DNA of 64,000 bases from Nitrospirota bacterium (lineage in GTDB: Bacteria; Nitrospirota; UBA9217), in NCBI GenBank assembly GCA_963741205.1, contig CAVUHW010000020.1:293744-357743 (forward strand), read 5' to 3'. Below the pieces are notes generated by a model. That model was not told the DNA's origin. It saw nothing but the letters and a program-made list of their open reading frames with translations, and made no database searches. The translations under genes were made by a program, and so were the position numbers. This document shows positions 22,979 through 34,690 of the stretch, piece after piece. The first letter of the stretch is position 1. Every line of letters begins with the position of its first letter.

Positions 22979-23167
22979 CTACTGAACAATCGTTTCCATC
23001 TGAACGCCGAGGTAATCCGCCAGAAGCTTCACGGTCCGCGGCTTCATGGTGACTCCTTTGAGCGTTCTCGATACTGTTACTTTGTGCATCCCAAGCCTAT
23101 CTGCAATCTCAGTGTAACTTAAACCCTTCTCCAAGCGTTTTCTTTCAAGAATTTCAATCTTATACAT
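22979..23167 (-). CDS. small XRE/Cro-type HTH regulator
   Basis: 62 aa, GLSYTEIADRLGMHKVTVSR; SD GGAGG. Confidence 0.85.
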   Translation of the reverse strand: MYKIEILERKRLEKGLSYTEIADRLGMHKVTVSRTLKGVTMKPRTVKLLADYLGVQMETIVQ

Positions 23168-23344
23168 GACATTCCTCCGCAACAAATGTGACATATACAC
23201 GGCTTAAAAGACTGTAGATGGAGATAATCTAAATATACAATTATTAATATAGCACAAATATTTGCATTGTGAAACAAAAAATATATAATTTTTTCGTAAC
23301 TTCCTGTTGACAAAATGCTAAAAAGAGGGTATAAAAAGTCCGGT

Positions 23345-23587
23345 ATGACACTCGCGGAAAAACTCAAGAAACTGCGGATGCGGAACAAACTGTCGATGAG
23401 CCAGGTGGCGCGCATGTCTGAACGCGCCTCTGACAACCGCGGCAGGATTACGCAAGGCTACATCTCGCGCCTCGAGTCTGGTAAAGAGACCAATCCCAGC
23501 CTTATGAAGCTCATCACGCTCAGCAACATCTATAAAATCCAGCCCAACGAACTCTTCGTACGAAACAACAGAAAAAAATCGAAATAG
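23345..23587 (+). CDS. XRE-family HTH regulator
   Basis: LKKLR..LSMSQVA..ITQGYISRLESGKETNPS; TTGACA-N17-TATAAA upstream. Confidence 0.88.
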   Translation: MTLAEKLKKLRMRNKLSMSQVARMSERASDNRGRITQGYISRLESGKETNPSLMKLITLSNIYKIQPNELFVRNNRKKSK

Positions 23588-23761
23588 ACTTGTCGGTTTC
23601 GTAAAAAGTCAGAAATGCAGAAGGTCCATCCTTCCGATGGCCCGCGCCCAGCGATTATGACCCTGCACCCAGCGGTTATGAGTGCTTGCGCGAATGCAGG
23701 GTGTTCCGAAGGCCAGTGCAGAGCGTCTGGAATCGTTTTTTACCAGGATGTCATATGAAGA

Positions 23762-23795
23762 GGTGATTCCCGATGATCGGGAATCACCACTTTTT
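23762..23795. terminator. terminator-like hairpin between convergent genes
   Basis: perfect 12-bp stem GGTGATTCCCGA/TCGGGAATCACC then ACTTTTT. Confidence 0.75.
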
Positions 23796-23834
23796 AGGCG
23801 AGTTCACCAAAGTTGACGAGACCGCGTGTGCGCC

Positions 23835-24675
23835 TTAGCGGCTCGCAGTCCAGCGGTGCGGCACGTGGCAAATTTTGCAGTGCTTGGATGATTCGTGAAT
23901 GGGTTTGAGCGAAAGCACCTCGCGCGTATGACAGCGAAGGCAATCTTCATCAGTCGGTTTGATGCGCGCATGGGGCTTGTGGCACTCATAGCAATTGAGC
24001 CGCGCCATAGGCACCCTATCGGGAAATGACGTCCGTGACGACTTTCGATGACACGAGAGGCATTGCTCACGGTCGGGGATGAAGGCCTCAAGTTTTTTTG
24101 GGGAGAAGGTGTGGCACCGCAGACAGGAGATATCCTCCATGCCGACGCCGTGAATCTTCCAGTCCTTGTGGCAGCGAAGGCAGGCGTCCTTCTCCGGTCG
24201 GAACGAATGAACGGTTTTGCTGTGGCAGTCTTTGCAGGACAGCTTTTCCATGAAAACATGGCGCGCATGGCCTGTCGATTTATTCACGGTCAGCGACCCT
24301 TGCGCAGCCTCATCCCAATGGCACTTTGTACAGGTCTTCCACGGAGTTTTATTTCCATGCGGTTCAGGCGTCTTGCGGTTGGTCGTGAAAATAAATTTCA
24401 CGAGCAGCATGTTCTGTTCTATCATGCCGAGCTGGTGGCAGTCCTGGCAGACCATGTTCCGGTGGCCGGACAGCTTCCATGCCGTGATACGCCTCCTCCA
24501 TCAGGTGGCAGCTGTTGCAGAACTCCGGGTTTTTCTGGATATACTGGTAATACCTCACGGCAAGGACAATCCCGAGGACCGAGATCGTAAGCAGGACGGA
24601 GACGATGATGACTTTGTCCCTCGGGCTTAATCCCCGTTCGAGCTTATCGAATATTTTGGCTATAAATTTATACAT
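23835..24675 (-). CDS. membrane-anchored decaheme cytochrome c (frameshift near 24490)
   Basis: N-terminal TM helix, PEFCNSCH (NapC/NirT-like start); 10 CxxCH in total. Confidence 0.85.
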
Positions 24676-24730
24676 GGTTACAATCAGGAGTCGGAAACCG
24701 CCACCCCGACCCCTTACTGTTGTCTCACGG

Positions 24731-25745
24731 CTACTTTATCAAATGCTCCGCGATCTGCACCGCGTTCAAGGCCGCGCCCTTCCGCAGATTGTCGGTCACG
24801 AGCCAGAGATTGATCCCGTTCGGGATCGACTCGTCTTCCCGTGATCCTGCCGACATAGGTCTCGTCCTTCCCGACGACATCCAATGCCAGGGGATAAATG
24901 TTCTTTTTCGGCTCGTCGTACACCAGGATGCCCGGCGCCGCCGCAAGGAGAGCCCTCACTTCATTGGCCGAGATCTTTTTCTCGGTTTCGATGTTCACCG
25001 ATTCGGAGTGGCCTCGAAAAACAGGGACCCGGACCGCCGTGGCGGTCACTCGGATGGCGTCGTCTTCCATGATTTTCTTCGTCTCGTTCACCATGTTCAT
25101 CTCTTCCCTGGTATAGCCGTTGTCGAGGAAGGAATCGATGTGCGGAAGGCAGTTGAACGCGATCTGATGCGGATAGACCTTTGTTTCAATGTCCTTGAAG
25201 TTCAGGAGCGCGACGGTCTGCTGCGCAAGCTCGTCCATGGCCTTTTTGCCCGTGCCGGACACGGACTGAAAGGTGGTGACGACGATGCGTTTGATTTTCA
25301 CCACGTCATGAATAGGCTTCAGCACCACGACCAACGCGATCGTGGAGCAATTCGGGTTTGCGATGATCCCGTTGTGCCTTTCCAGGGCATGAGCGTTCAC
25401 CTCGGGCACCACGAGCGGGACCTTCGGGTCCATGCGGAACGCGCTCGAGTTGTCGATCACAACCGCGCCGGAATCGACTGCCGCTGGGGCGAACTCGAGG
25501 CTGCGCTCGGCGCCGGCCGAAAAGAACGCGATGTCAACATCCTTGAACGAATCCTTGTCCAGTTTACGGACAATAACGTTCTTGCCCTTAAACTCGACCC
25601 GTTCACCCTCGGAACGCTCCGACGCAAGCGCGACAAGCTCGCTCACCGGGAACTTTCGTTCTTCCAGGATCTCGAGCATTTCCCTGCCCACGGCGCCGGT
25701 GGCGCCTACAACGGCAACGACGTATTTATTCTTTTTCTTGAGCAT
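24731..25745 (-). CDS. asd: aspartate-semialdehyde dehydrogenase, ~340-aa type (frameshift near 24840)
   Basis: [33 protein letters not shown]. Confidence 0.9.
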
Positions 25746-25756
25746 TGTTTAAATTC

Positions 25757-25815
25757 GACGGAATAACAGGATCAATTTCGGATTTAATAATCCTGTCGAT
25801 CCTGTCATCCTGTCC
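25757..25815. repeat. periodic-arm inverted repeat (8-9-nt period)
   Basis: ATCCTGTC x3 opposite GACGGAAT AACAGGAT. Confidence 0.65.
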
Positions 25816-25827
25816 AATGTTTTGACC

Positions 25828-26940
25828 TTATTTCTCCACCACGATCCGCAGCATTCGCCGGAGCGGCTCTGCCGCGCCCCACAGGAGCTGGTCGCCGCAG
25901 GTGAAGGCATTCAGGAACGTCGGCCCCATGTTCATCTTGCGCAAGCGTCCGACCGGCACGGTCAGCGTGCCGGTAACCGCAGCGGGGGTGAGTTCCTTCA
26001 TCGTGATCTCGCGCTGGTTCGGCACGACCTTCACCCACTTGTTATGCTTGGCGATCATGTCGGTGATCTCGTCAAGCGGCACGTCCTTGGTCATCTTGAT
26101 CGTGAGCGCCTGGCTGTGGCAGCGCATGGCGCCGACACGAACGCAGGTGCCGTCGATCGGGATCGGATTATTCTCGCGGCCCAGGATCTTGTTCGTCTCG
26201 GCCTGGCCCTTCCACTCTTCCTTGCTCTGGCCGTTGTCGAGCTGTTTGTCGATCCAGGGAATGACGGAACATGCCAGCGGCACGCCGAAAAATTCCTTGG
26301 GATAGGCGTCGGAGCGGACGTGCTCGGACACCGTGCGGTCGATCTCCAGGATCGCGCCGGAGGGGTCGTCCAGGAGGTCCTTCACCGAGCCGTGGGCAGA
26401 GCCCATCTGCTTCAGAAGTTCGCGCATGTTCTTCGCGCCCGCGCCCGAGGCCGCCTGGTAGGTCATGGCGCTCATCCATTCCACGAGCTCGCGCTCGTAG
26501 AGCCCGCCCAGGGCCATGAGCATGAGCGACACGGTGCAGTTGCCGCCGATGTAGTTCTTGATCCCCTTGGCCAGGCCGTCCTTGATGACCTTCATGTTCA
26601 CCGGATCGAGGATGATGATGGAATCGCTGGTCATGCGGAGCGTGGACGCCGCGTCGATCCAGTAGCCCTTCCAGCCGGCAGCGCGCAGTTTGGGATACAT
26701 CTCGGTCGTGTACTCGCCGCCCTGGCAGGAGACGATGGTCTCCATCTTCTTCAATTCATCGATGTTCTTCGCGTCCTTGAGCGCCGGGACGTCCTTGCCG
26801 ATATTCGGCCCCTTGCCGCCCACATTCGAGGTCGTGAAGAACACCGGATCGATAAGATTGAAATCCTTTTCCTCATTCATGCGGCCCATGAGCACCGAGC
26901 CCACCATGCCGCGCCAGCCTATGAAACCAACTCGCATCAT
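25828..26940 (-). CDS. asd: aspartate-semialdehyde dehydrogenase, gammaproteobacterial type
   Basis: [29 protein letters not shown]. Confidence 0.95.
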   Translation of the reverse strand: MMRVGFIGWRGMVGSVLMGRMNEEKDFNLIDPVFFTTSNVGGKGPNIGKDVPALKDAKNIDELKKMETIVSCQGGEYTTEMYPKLRAAGWKGYWIDAASTLRMTSDSIIILDPVNMKVIKDGLAKGIKNYIGGNCTVSLMLMALGGLYERELVEWMSAMTYQAASGAGAKNMRELLKQMGSAHGSVKDLLDDPSGAILEIDRTVSEHVRSDAYPKEFFGVPLACSVIPWIDKQLDNGQSKEEWKGQAETNKILGRENNPIPIDGTCVRVGAMRCHSQALTIKMTKDVPLDEITDMIAKHNKWVKVVPNQREITMKELTPAAVTGTLTVPVGRLRKMNMGPTFLNAFTCGDQLLWGAAEPLRRMLRIVVEK

Positions 26941-26986
26941 ATGTTACTCCCTTTCAGGTTTAGTTCCACAATCAGAAATTCGCAAT

Positions 26987-28063
26987 TCAGACCAGCCCCG
27001 CCACCATGTCCCCCACTTCGGTGGTCGAATAGCCCATCTTCCCGGCAGCCTGGCTCTTCATTTTCTTCATGGTCGCAATCATCGCGTTCTCGATGGCCTG
27101 AGCTGATTTCGCTTCTCCCAAGGAGTCGAGCATCATCATGGCCGCGCCGATGGCCGCCATGGGGTTGATCACGTTCTGGCCGGCATACTTCGGCGCGCTG
27201 CCGCCCATGGGCTCGAACATGGAAACGCCCGCGGGGTTGATGTTCCCGCCGGAGGCCACGCCGAGCCCGCCCTGGATCATGGCGCCCAGGTCAGTGATGA
27301 TGTCGCCGAAGAGGTTTTCCGTGACTGCCACGTCGAACCATTCGGGGTTCTTCACGAACCACATGTTCGCGGCATCGACGTGGTTATAGTCGCGCTTGAG
27401 CTCCGGATACTCTTTCGCTCCCATCTCCTCGAAGGCCCGGTACCAGAGGTCGCCGCAATAGGTCAGCACGTTTCGTTTATGAATCAGCGTGATCGGCTTT
27501 GCAGCGTATTTCGGGTTCGTTGCGTTCCGCTTCTTCTTCAGCTCGAAGGCATATTTGAGACAGCGGTCAACGGTGCGGCGGTCGTAGACCATGAGCTGCG
27601 TCGCGATCTCTTCGGTCGTGCCCACGCGCGTGGCCCCGCCGTGGCCCGTGTAGATGCCTCCGGTGTTCTCGCGGATGACCACGAAATCGATGTGTTCCGG
27701 ACCCTTGTCCTTGAGCGGCGTCTCCACGTTAGGATAGAGTTTCACCGGCCGGAGATTGATGTACTGGTCGAGGGCAAAGCGTATCTTGAGCAGGATCCCT
27801 GTTTCAAGGATGCCGGGTTTGACATCGGGATGCCCGATCGCCCCCAGGAACATGGAATCGAACTTTTTGAACTCGCCGATCGCGCTATCCGGGAGCGTCT
27901 CTCCACTCTTTAAATACCGCGCGGCGCCGAAATCGAACTCGGTGAAATCCAGCTTGAAACCGCCCTTTGACGCGGCCGTGTTCAGGACTTTTACCGCCTC
28001 TCGAACGACCTCAGGTCCTGTCCCATCGCCGGGGATCAATGCGATCTTATAGGTCTTTGCCAT
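26987..28063 (-). CDS. leuB: 3-isopropylmalate dehydrogenase
   Basis: PGDGTGPEV, NLFGDIITD, FEPMGGSAP. Confidence 0.93.
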   Translation of the reverse strand: MAKTYKIALIPGDGTGPEVVREAVKVLNTAASKGGFKLDFTEFDFGAARYLKSGETLPDSAIGEFKKFDSMFLGAIGHPDVKPGILETGILLKIRFALDQYINLRPVKLYPNVETPLKDKGPEHIDFVVIRENTGGIYTGHGGATRVGTTEEIATQLMVYDRRTVDRCLKYAFELKKKRNATNPKYAAKPITLIHKRNVLTYCGDLWYRAFEEMGAKEYPELKRDYNHVDAANMWFVKNPEWFDVAVTENLFGDIITDLGAMIQGGLGVASGGNINPAGVSMFEPMGGSAPKYAGQNVINPMAAIGAAMMMLDSLGEAKSAQAIENAMIATMKKMKSQAAGKMGYSTTEVGDMVAGLV

Positions 28064-28103
28064 CTTGTTGTTATCCCTTTCGTATGGATCTCTTCAGAGA
28101 AAA

Positions 28104-28125
28104 CGCGCCCTCAAGGGTGCGGCTA
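28104..28125. repeat. REP-like palindrome
   Basis: minus strand TAGCCGCACCC-TTGA-GGGCGCG; same core as 37765-37782. Confidence 0.55.
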
Positions 28126-28200
28126 TCTCCGAAACCCGTTAAACAGATTCGATAGCCGAAGGACCGGCCCCTAGAGGTTATGAGCGCGCGTGTGAGGGGC

Positions 28201-28425
28201 TTAGCCTGCGTTCTTTCTCACGCTGCAATTGTCCGTTCGCATATGAACGCAGCCTGCGTCGTCGGGGAGAAACCCCAGTCCGCAGAATTCCGCGCTTCCC
28301 GCCGGGTGCGGATACTCGGTTTTGTCCAGGTTCTTGCTGAAGTAGACACAGGAGGCGCAATATTCTTCGGGATCGAGCCGCGGCGGCTGTTGGAGAGCTC
28401 TTACGAGTTTGAAACAGGCTGTCAC
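28201..28425 (-). CDS. small Cys-rich hypothetical protein
   Basis: GTG start overlaps leuD stop (GTGA); CASC plus 4 further Cys. Confidence 0.55.
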   Translation of the reverse strand: MTACFKLVRALQQPPRLDPEEYCASCVYFSKNLDKTEYPHPAGSAEFCGLGFLPDDAGCVHMRTDNCSVRKNAG

Positions 28426-28922
28426 GCAAGTCCCGCCTTCTTCTTCGTGTACGCCATCAACCCGCCTGCGGCGATCAGCTCCTGCATAAAAGGAGGGACA
28501 GGAGTCGCTTTGAACGTCCTGTTCGTCGTGATGTTCCGGATCACGCCGTTATCCGCGTCCACCTCGATCTGGTCCCCTTCCGTGATTCCATCTACGGCAT
28601 CGGCGCTCTCGAAGATCGGGAGCCCCATGTTGAAGCAGTTCCGGTAGAAGATGCGCGCGAAGCTCTTGGCTACGACGCAGGACACACCGGCCGCCTTGAT
28701 GGCGATCGGCGCATGTTCGCGCGACGACCCGCACCCGAAGTTCTTCTCGGCGACGATGATGTCCCCGGGCTTCATCTTCTTCATGAATTCAGGATTGGTC
28801 GAATCTTCCATGCAGTGTCTGGCCAGCTCTTTCGGTTCGGAGGTGTTCAGATACCGGGCCGGAATGATTGCGTCCGTGTCGACGTCAGCCCCGAATTTCC
28901 ATGCATTGCCTTTGAATTTCAT
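28422..28922 (-). CDS. leuD: 3-isopropylmalate dehydratase small subunit
   Basis: DTDAIIP, NFGCGSSREHA. Confidence 0.95.
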   Translation of the reverse strand: MKFKGNAWKFGADVDTDAIIPARYLNTSEPKELARHCMEDSTNPEFMKKMKPGDIIVAEKNFGCGSSREHAPIAIKAAGVSCVVAKSFARIFYRNCFNMGLPIFESADAVDGITEGDQIEVDADNGVIRNITTNRTFKATPVPPFMQELIAAGGLMAYTKKKAGLA

Positions 28923-28946
28923 TGAAATCCTCAAAAGATTAATGTC

Positions 28947-29038
28947 TTTGGACGCTGAAACATCGGTAAAGGCGGAGACGACGGATCAGGATTTGACTCT
29001 CCGCTTTCACCGCTCTTTCCGGTTTTTCCGCGTCCAAA
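28947..29038. repeat. periodic-arm inverted repeat (9-nt period)
   Basis: TTTGGACGC TGAAACATC GGTAAAGGC GGAGACGAC GGA vs revcomp TTTGGACGC GGAAAAACC GGAAAGAGC GGTGAAAGC GGA. Confidence 0.75.
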
Positions 29039-29049
29039 AGGTTTTGACC

Positions 29050-30309
29050 TTACTTCAGTTCTTCCGGCCTGCCGATCCTTCCCAAGACCGCCGATGCCGC
29101 CGCGATGGCCGGGTTGGAGAGATACACCTCGCTCTTGGGGTGTCCCATCCTGCCGACGAAGTTTCGGTTGGTCGTCGATATGGAGCGCTCGCCTTCCGCA
29201 AGAATGCCCATGTGGCCGCCCAGGCACGGTCCGCAGGTCGGTGTACTGAACGCCGCGCCCGCGTCGATAAAGACGTCGACCAGGCCTTCCTTGATGGACT
29301 GTTTGTACACGGCCTGTGTTGCCGGGATCACGATCATGCGCACATAGGGATGGACCTTGTGGCCTTTAATGACCCTGGCCGCTTCGCGGATGTCTTCAAT
29401 CCTTCCATTCGTGCAGGAGCCGACGACCGACTGGTCGATATTGACGGCCGCAAGCGCGGAAACCGGTTTTACATTCTCGGGCATGTGCGGGCAGGCTACC
29501 TGCGGCTCCATTCCGGTAAGATCGTATTCGCGCACGTCCACGTAGTTCGCCTTTCTGTCGCTCTTGAAGAATTTATACTTCCGCTTCGCGCGCCGGGCAA
29601 CGTATTTCTCGGTGATCTCGTCGGGCTCGATGATGCCGTTCTTGCCCCCCGCCTCGATCGCCATGTTGCAGATGGTGAGACGACCGTACATGGGAAGTTT
29701 CTTGATCGCCTCGCCGGTGAACTCCATGGCCCGGTAGAGCGCTCCGTCCACGCCGATATCGCCGATGGTCCTTAAGATGATGTCCTTGCCGCCGATCCAC
29801 TTGCCGGGCTTGCCCGCATACACGAACTTCATGCTCTCGGGCACCTTGAACCATGCCTCGCCCGTGATCATGGCGGCGGCCACATCGGTGCTGCCCACGC
29901 CGGTCGAGAACGCCCCCAGTCCGCCGTACGTGCAGGTATGGCTGTCCGCTCCGATCACCACGTCGCCGGGGACCACGAGGCCCTGCTCGGGTAGGAGCGC
30001 ATGCTCGATGCCCATCCTGCCCACCTCGAAATAGAGCGAGAGGTCGTGTTCGCGCGAGAATTGGCGGAGCAGGTTGCACTGCTCGGCCGAGGGAATATCC
30101 TTGTTCGGCGCGAAGTGGTCAGGGATGAGGGCGATCCGGTCCGGGTCGAACACCTTCTTCGCGCCCGCCGCGCGGAACTCCTTGATCGCAATCGGCGCGG
30201 TGATGTCGTTCGCGAGTACGAGGTCGAGCTTCGCATTGATCAGCTCTCCCGGCTTGACTTCTTTCTTGCCGCAATGTGCGGCCAGTATCTTTTCGGTAAT
30301 GGTCATCAT
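29050..30309 (-). CDS. leuC: 3-isopropylmalate dehydratase large subunit
   Basis: [33 protein letters not shown]. Confidence 0.95.
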   Translation of the reverse strand: MMTITEKILAAHCGKKEVKPGELINAKLDLVLANDITAPIAIKEFRAAGAKKVFDPDRIALIPDHFAPNKDIPSAEQCNLLRQFSREHDLSLYFEVGRMGIEHALLPEQGLVVPGDVVIGADSHTCTYGGLGAFSTGVGSTDVAAAMITGEAWFKVPESMKFVYAGKPGKWIGGKDIILRTIGDIGVDGALYRAMEFTGEAIKKLPMYGRLTICNMAIEAGGKNGIIEPDEITEKYVARRAKRKYKFFKSDRKANYVDVREYDLTGMEPQVACPHMPENVKPVSALAAVNIDQSVVGSCTNGRIEDIREAARVIKGHKVHPYVRMIVIPATQAVYKQSIKEGLVDVFIDAGAAFSTPTCGPCLGGHMGILAEGERSISTTNRNFVGRMGHPKSEVYLSNPAIAAASAVLGRIGRPEELK

Positions 30310-30343
30310 AGGTTTTTGAATATACCTTATCCCCGGGTCAGTT

Positions 30344-31873
30344 TCAACTGTTTTTTGCCCTGCCTCTTTTCCAATACTCAAGCTTGTTGAGCGCATTCAA
30401 GTACGCCTTGGCGCTCGCGACGATGATGTCCGTATCAGCCCCGTGACCGGTAACTTTCTTGCCCCCTTCCTCGACTTTTACGGTTACTTCTCCCATGGCG
30501 TCCGTCCCCCCGGTGATGCCCTGGACAAGGTACGCGTCGAGCTTGCTCTGGGTCTTCGTAAGCGACGCAATGGTACGGTAGACGGCATCCACCGGTCCGT
30601 CGCCGCTGCCGGTCTGCTTTACGGTCTTACCGTCAACCTCCAACTCCAAAGTCGCCGAGGGATGGGCATCGGTACTGCTTTCGGCATGAAGATGCTTGAG
30701 CACGTAAACTTCCTTGATCTGCTGGACTTCGTCGGAGACGATCGCTTCGAGGTCCTCGTCGAACACCTCTTTTTTCTGGTCGGCAAGGCGCTTAAACCGC
30801 TCGAAAGCCTTATTGAGATCGGGATCCGAGAGTTCATACCCCATGTCCATGAGCCGGTCCCGGAAGGCGTGCCTGCCTGAGTGTTTGCCGAGCACAAGGT
30901 TGGTCTTGACCAGCCCGATCGACTCGGGCCGCATGATCTCATAGGTGGTCCGTTCCTTGAGCAGCCCGTCCTGATGGATGCCGGCCTCGTGCGAAAAGGC
31001 GTTCGATCCGACGATGGCCTTGTTCGGCTGCACGGGAATGCCGGTGATCTTGGTCACGAGCCTGCTCGACCGGGTGATCTCTTCGGTATGGATGCGGGTG
31101 TCTGCCGCGTAGAAGTCCTTCCTCGTCTTGAGCGCCATGACGATCTCTTCCATGGAGCAGTTGCCGGCCCGCTCGCCGATGCCGTTTAGGGTGCACTCGA
31201 TCTGCCCGGCCCCGTTCAGCACTGCCGCCAGGGAGTTAGCCACGGCAAGACCGAGATCATTGTGACAGTGGACGGAGATCACGGCGCGGTCGATGTTTTT
31301 GACCCGTTCCCGCAGGGTGCGGATGAGTTTGCCGAACTCCTCCGGCGTGGTGTAGCCGACCGTATCGGGGATGTTGACAGTGCCTGCGCCCGCCTCGATC
31401 ACGGCCTCGATGACGTCGCAGAGATAGGCCGGTTCCGTGCGCGTTGCATCCATGGCGGAAAACTCGACGTCCTCGATGAGGCTCTTCGCAAGCTTCACCA
31501 TATCAACAGAGCGCTTGAGTGCCTCGGAGCGGTCGATCTTGTACTGGTGAATAAGATGGATGTCGCTCGTGGAATGGAAGGTATGAAGCCTTCTTCTCGG
31601 GACGTCGCGCAAGGCCTCCCATGCCCGTTTGATGTCCGCTTCCTTCGCGCGCGCGAGGCTGCAGATGACCGGACCCTCCACCTCGGCGCCAATTCGTTTG
31701 ATGGCCTCGAAATCGCCGGGCGAACTGATGGCAAACCCCGCCTCGATGATGTCCACACCGAGCCGCGCAAGCTGCCTGGCCAGGGTGATCTTTTCCTCGA
31801 CGTTCATACTCGCGCCGGGAGACTGCTCACCGTCTCGGAGCGTGGTATCGAAAATCCTGATGATGGAACTCAT
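30344..31873 (-). CDS. leuA: 2-isopropylmalate synthase
   Basis: [22 protein letters not shown]. Confidence 0.95.
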   Translation of the reverse strand: MSSIIRIFDTTLRDGEQSPGASMNVEEKITLARQLARLGVDIIEAGFAISSPGDFEAIKRIGAEVEGPVICSLARAKEADIKRAWEALRDVPRRRLHTFHSTSDIHLIHQYKIDRSEALKRSVDMVKLAKSLIEDVEFSAMDATRTEPAYLCDVIEAVIEAGAGTVNIPDTVGYTTPEEFGKLIRTLRERVKNIDRAVISVHCHNDLGLAVANSLAAVLNGAGQIECTLNGIGERAGNCSMEEIVMALKTRKDFYAADTRIHTEEITRSSRLVTKITGIPVQPNKAIVGSNAFSHEAGIHQDGLLKERTTYEIMRPESIGLVKTNLVLGKHSGRHAFRDRLMDMGYELSDPDLNKAFERFKRLADQKKEVFDEDLEAIVSDEVQQIKEVYVLKHLHAESSTDAHPSATLELEVDGKTVKQTGSGDGPVDAVYRTIASLTKTQSKLDAYLVQGITGGTDAMGEVTVKVEEGGKKVTGHGADTDIIVASAKAYLNALNKLEYWKRGRAKNS

Positions 31874-32000
31874 ATGCCCCTCCACAATACTCTGCGGTAC
31901 GCCGGAAGCCATGCCCGATAAAACAGGAAAAAAGAGATCAGGACAACTGTCCTTACCCCTGAGAGACCACCGTCTTTAGCACTATTCCGAACAGGACGGA

Positions 32001-32750
32001 CTAAGCAGCGGCTGGTTTTCGTCTCCTGAACAGCCCGTACAGCGCTTCCGCTATACCGACGGCGACGTAGGAGACGGAAACCAGGAACAGGACGAGCGCG
32101 GGATGATACGCCACAACTGTCAGGAAAGCCGCGATGATCACGAGGATCCCGAAGGGTCGGCGTTCCTTGAGATTGGCCTCCTTCAGGCTGTGATACGTAA
32201 TGTTGCTCACCATCAGTCCGGCAAGGAGGAAAGTCAGCGCCAGAACCCAGTAGTCTTTACCGACCGCGTCCGCCAGCCGCACCAGATTCTGGTGTTCAAG
32301 GAACTCGATAACCTCATCATAGGCCAACACGGTAGTCGCTATGACGAGAGCCGCGGCCGGCGTGGGAAGGCCGGTAAAGTGCTTTTTTTCCGCGCCTCCC
32401 ATTTGGATATTGAACCGGGCAAGACGCAACGCGGCGCAGGCGACAAGGAAGAAGGACCCGAGCCACCCGATCTTGCCGAACGAGGACAGCGTCCATGTAT
32501 ACACAAGAACGCCCGGCGCGACGCCGAAGGATATCACGTCGGCCAGAGAATCGATCTCAATGCCGAACCGCGTTGCCGTGTGCGTCAGCCGCGCCACCCA
32601 TCCGTCCAACACATCGAAGATCGACGCGATAAGAATGGCCCATGCAGCCCGCTCGAAATCCGTATTTAGCGAGGCAATGATGGAGTAGAACCCTGCGAAC
32701 ATGCTGGACAGGGTGATAAGGTTCGGCAGTACGTAGATCCCTTTTCTCAC
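32001..32750 (-). CDS. pssA: CDP-diacylglycerol--serine O-phosphatidyltransferase
   Basis: DVLDGWVAR, DSLADVISFG, RLARFN. Confidence 0.93.
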   Translation of the reverse strand: MRKGIYVLPNLITLSSMFAGFYSIIASLNTDFERAAWAILIASIFDVLDGWVARLTHTATRFGIEIDSLADVISFGVAPGVLVYTWTLSSFGKIGWLGSFFLVACAALRLARFNIQMGGAEKKHFTGLPTPAAALVIATTVLAYDEVIEFLEHQNLVRLADAVGKDYWVLALTFLLAGLMVSNITYHSLKEANLKERRPFGILVIIAAFLTVVAYHPALVLFLVSVSYVAVGIAEALYGLFRRRKPAAA

Positions 32751-32772
32751 TCGATAATGCCTTTCTCCAAAG

Positions 32773-32812
32773 TTCCGACCCCCTCAATGGGGGAGGAACC
32801 GAAGACGGGGTG
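32773..32812. repeat. REP-like palindrome
   Basis: CCCCCTCAATGGGGGAGG...GGGGTG hairpin between psd and pssA. Confidence 0.45.
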
Positions 32813-32817
32813 AAAAT

Positions 32818-33462
32818 TCATTTGAGCACTGCGATGACGTCCCTGGCTCCCTCGATGCGGTCGCCAAGTTTCACCTTGAGTTCCGCGTTTTTCGGCAGGA
32901 AAATATCGACCCGCGAGCCGAAACGGATCAGGCCGTACCGCTCGCCTTTTGTTACCGTGTCCCCCGGCTTGGCATAACATATGATCCGCCGCGCAATGAG
33001 CCCAGCGATCTGTTTGACGAGCACCTTGTTCCGCCCCTTCGCGATGACCATTGCCGTCTGTTCATTCATCAGCGACGCCTTGTCCACTGATGCGACGTGG
33101 AATTTGCCGGGGTTGTATTTTACGACCTCGACCGTTCCCTCGACGGGAATGCGATTCACATGCACATTGAAGACGGAAAGGAAGATGCTGATCTGCTTTA
33201 CATCCTCCTTCAGATAATCGGGCTCGTGGATGTCCTTGATCACGATCACTTTGCCGTCGGCCGGAGAGACCACTACGCCCTCCCCCCCGGGGACCGCGCG
33301 CTCCGGGTCCCGGAAGAAGAACAGGACAAACAGCGTAAGCACGAGCAAAACGACGCCCGCGTTCTTCCAGCCGAGCGCAAACAGCAGCGCCGTGACCACC
33401 GCCAGGGGGATGATGAACGGCCACCCTTCCGAGGCCACGGGGATACCATAGTTTTTCATCAT
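32818..33462 (-). CDS. psd: phosphatidylserine decarboxylase
   Basis: FFRDPER, SPADGKV, RFGSRVD. Confidence 0.93.
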   Translation of the reverse strand: MMKNYGIPVASEGWPFIIPLAVVTALLFALGWKNAGVVLLVLTLFVLFFFRDPERAVPGGEGVVVSPADGKVIVIKDIHEPDYLKEDVKQISIFLSVFNVHVNRIPVEGTVEVVKYNPGKFHVASVDKASLMNEQTAMVIAKGRNKVLVKQIAGLIARRIICYAKPGDTVTKGERYGLIRFGSRVDIFLPKNAELKVKLGDRIEGARDVIAVLK

Positions 33463-33482
33463 GAAATTAAAAGCCTTCTTTA

Positions 33483-33565
33483 GCCACAGAGGTCACAAAG
33501 AAATTCTTAGCAGACTGAAAATCCGAGATTTTGCCTTCACTGTGCTCTCTGTGTGCTCTGTCGGC
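33483..33565. repeat. periodic-arm inverted repeat (9-nt period)
   Basis: GCCACAGAG GTCACAAAG vs CACTGTG CTCTCTGTG TGCTCTGTC GGC. Confidence 0.65.
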
Positions 33566-33579
33566 AAATAGTTTTGCAG

Positions 33580-34614
<1,035 letters not shown>

Positions 34615-34690
34615 TCAGATAATTATGGAGCAATAAAAAAAGACACACGTCGCAGTGTTCCGTGCATCTTGAATGACAGAGCTGTGACCA

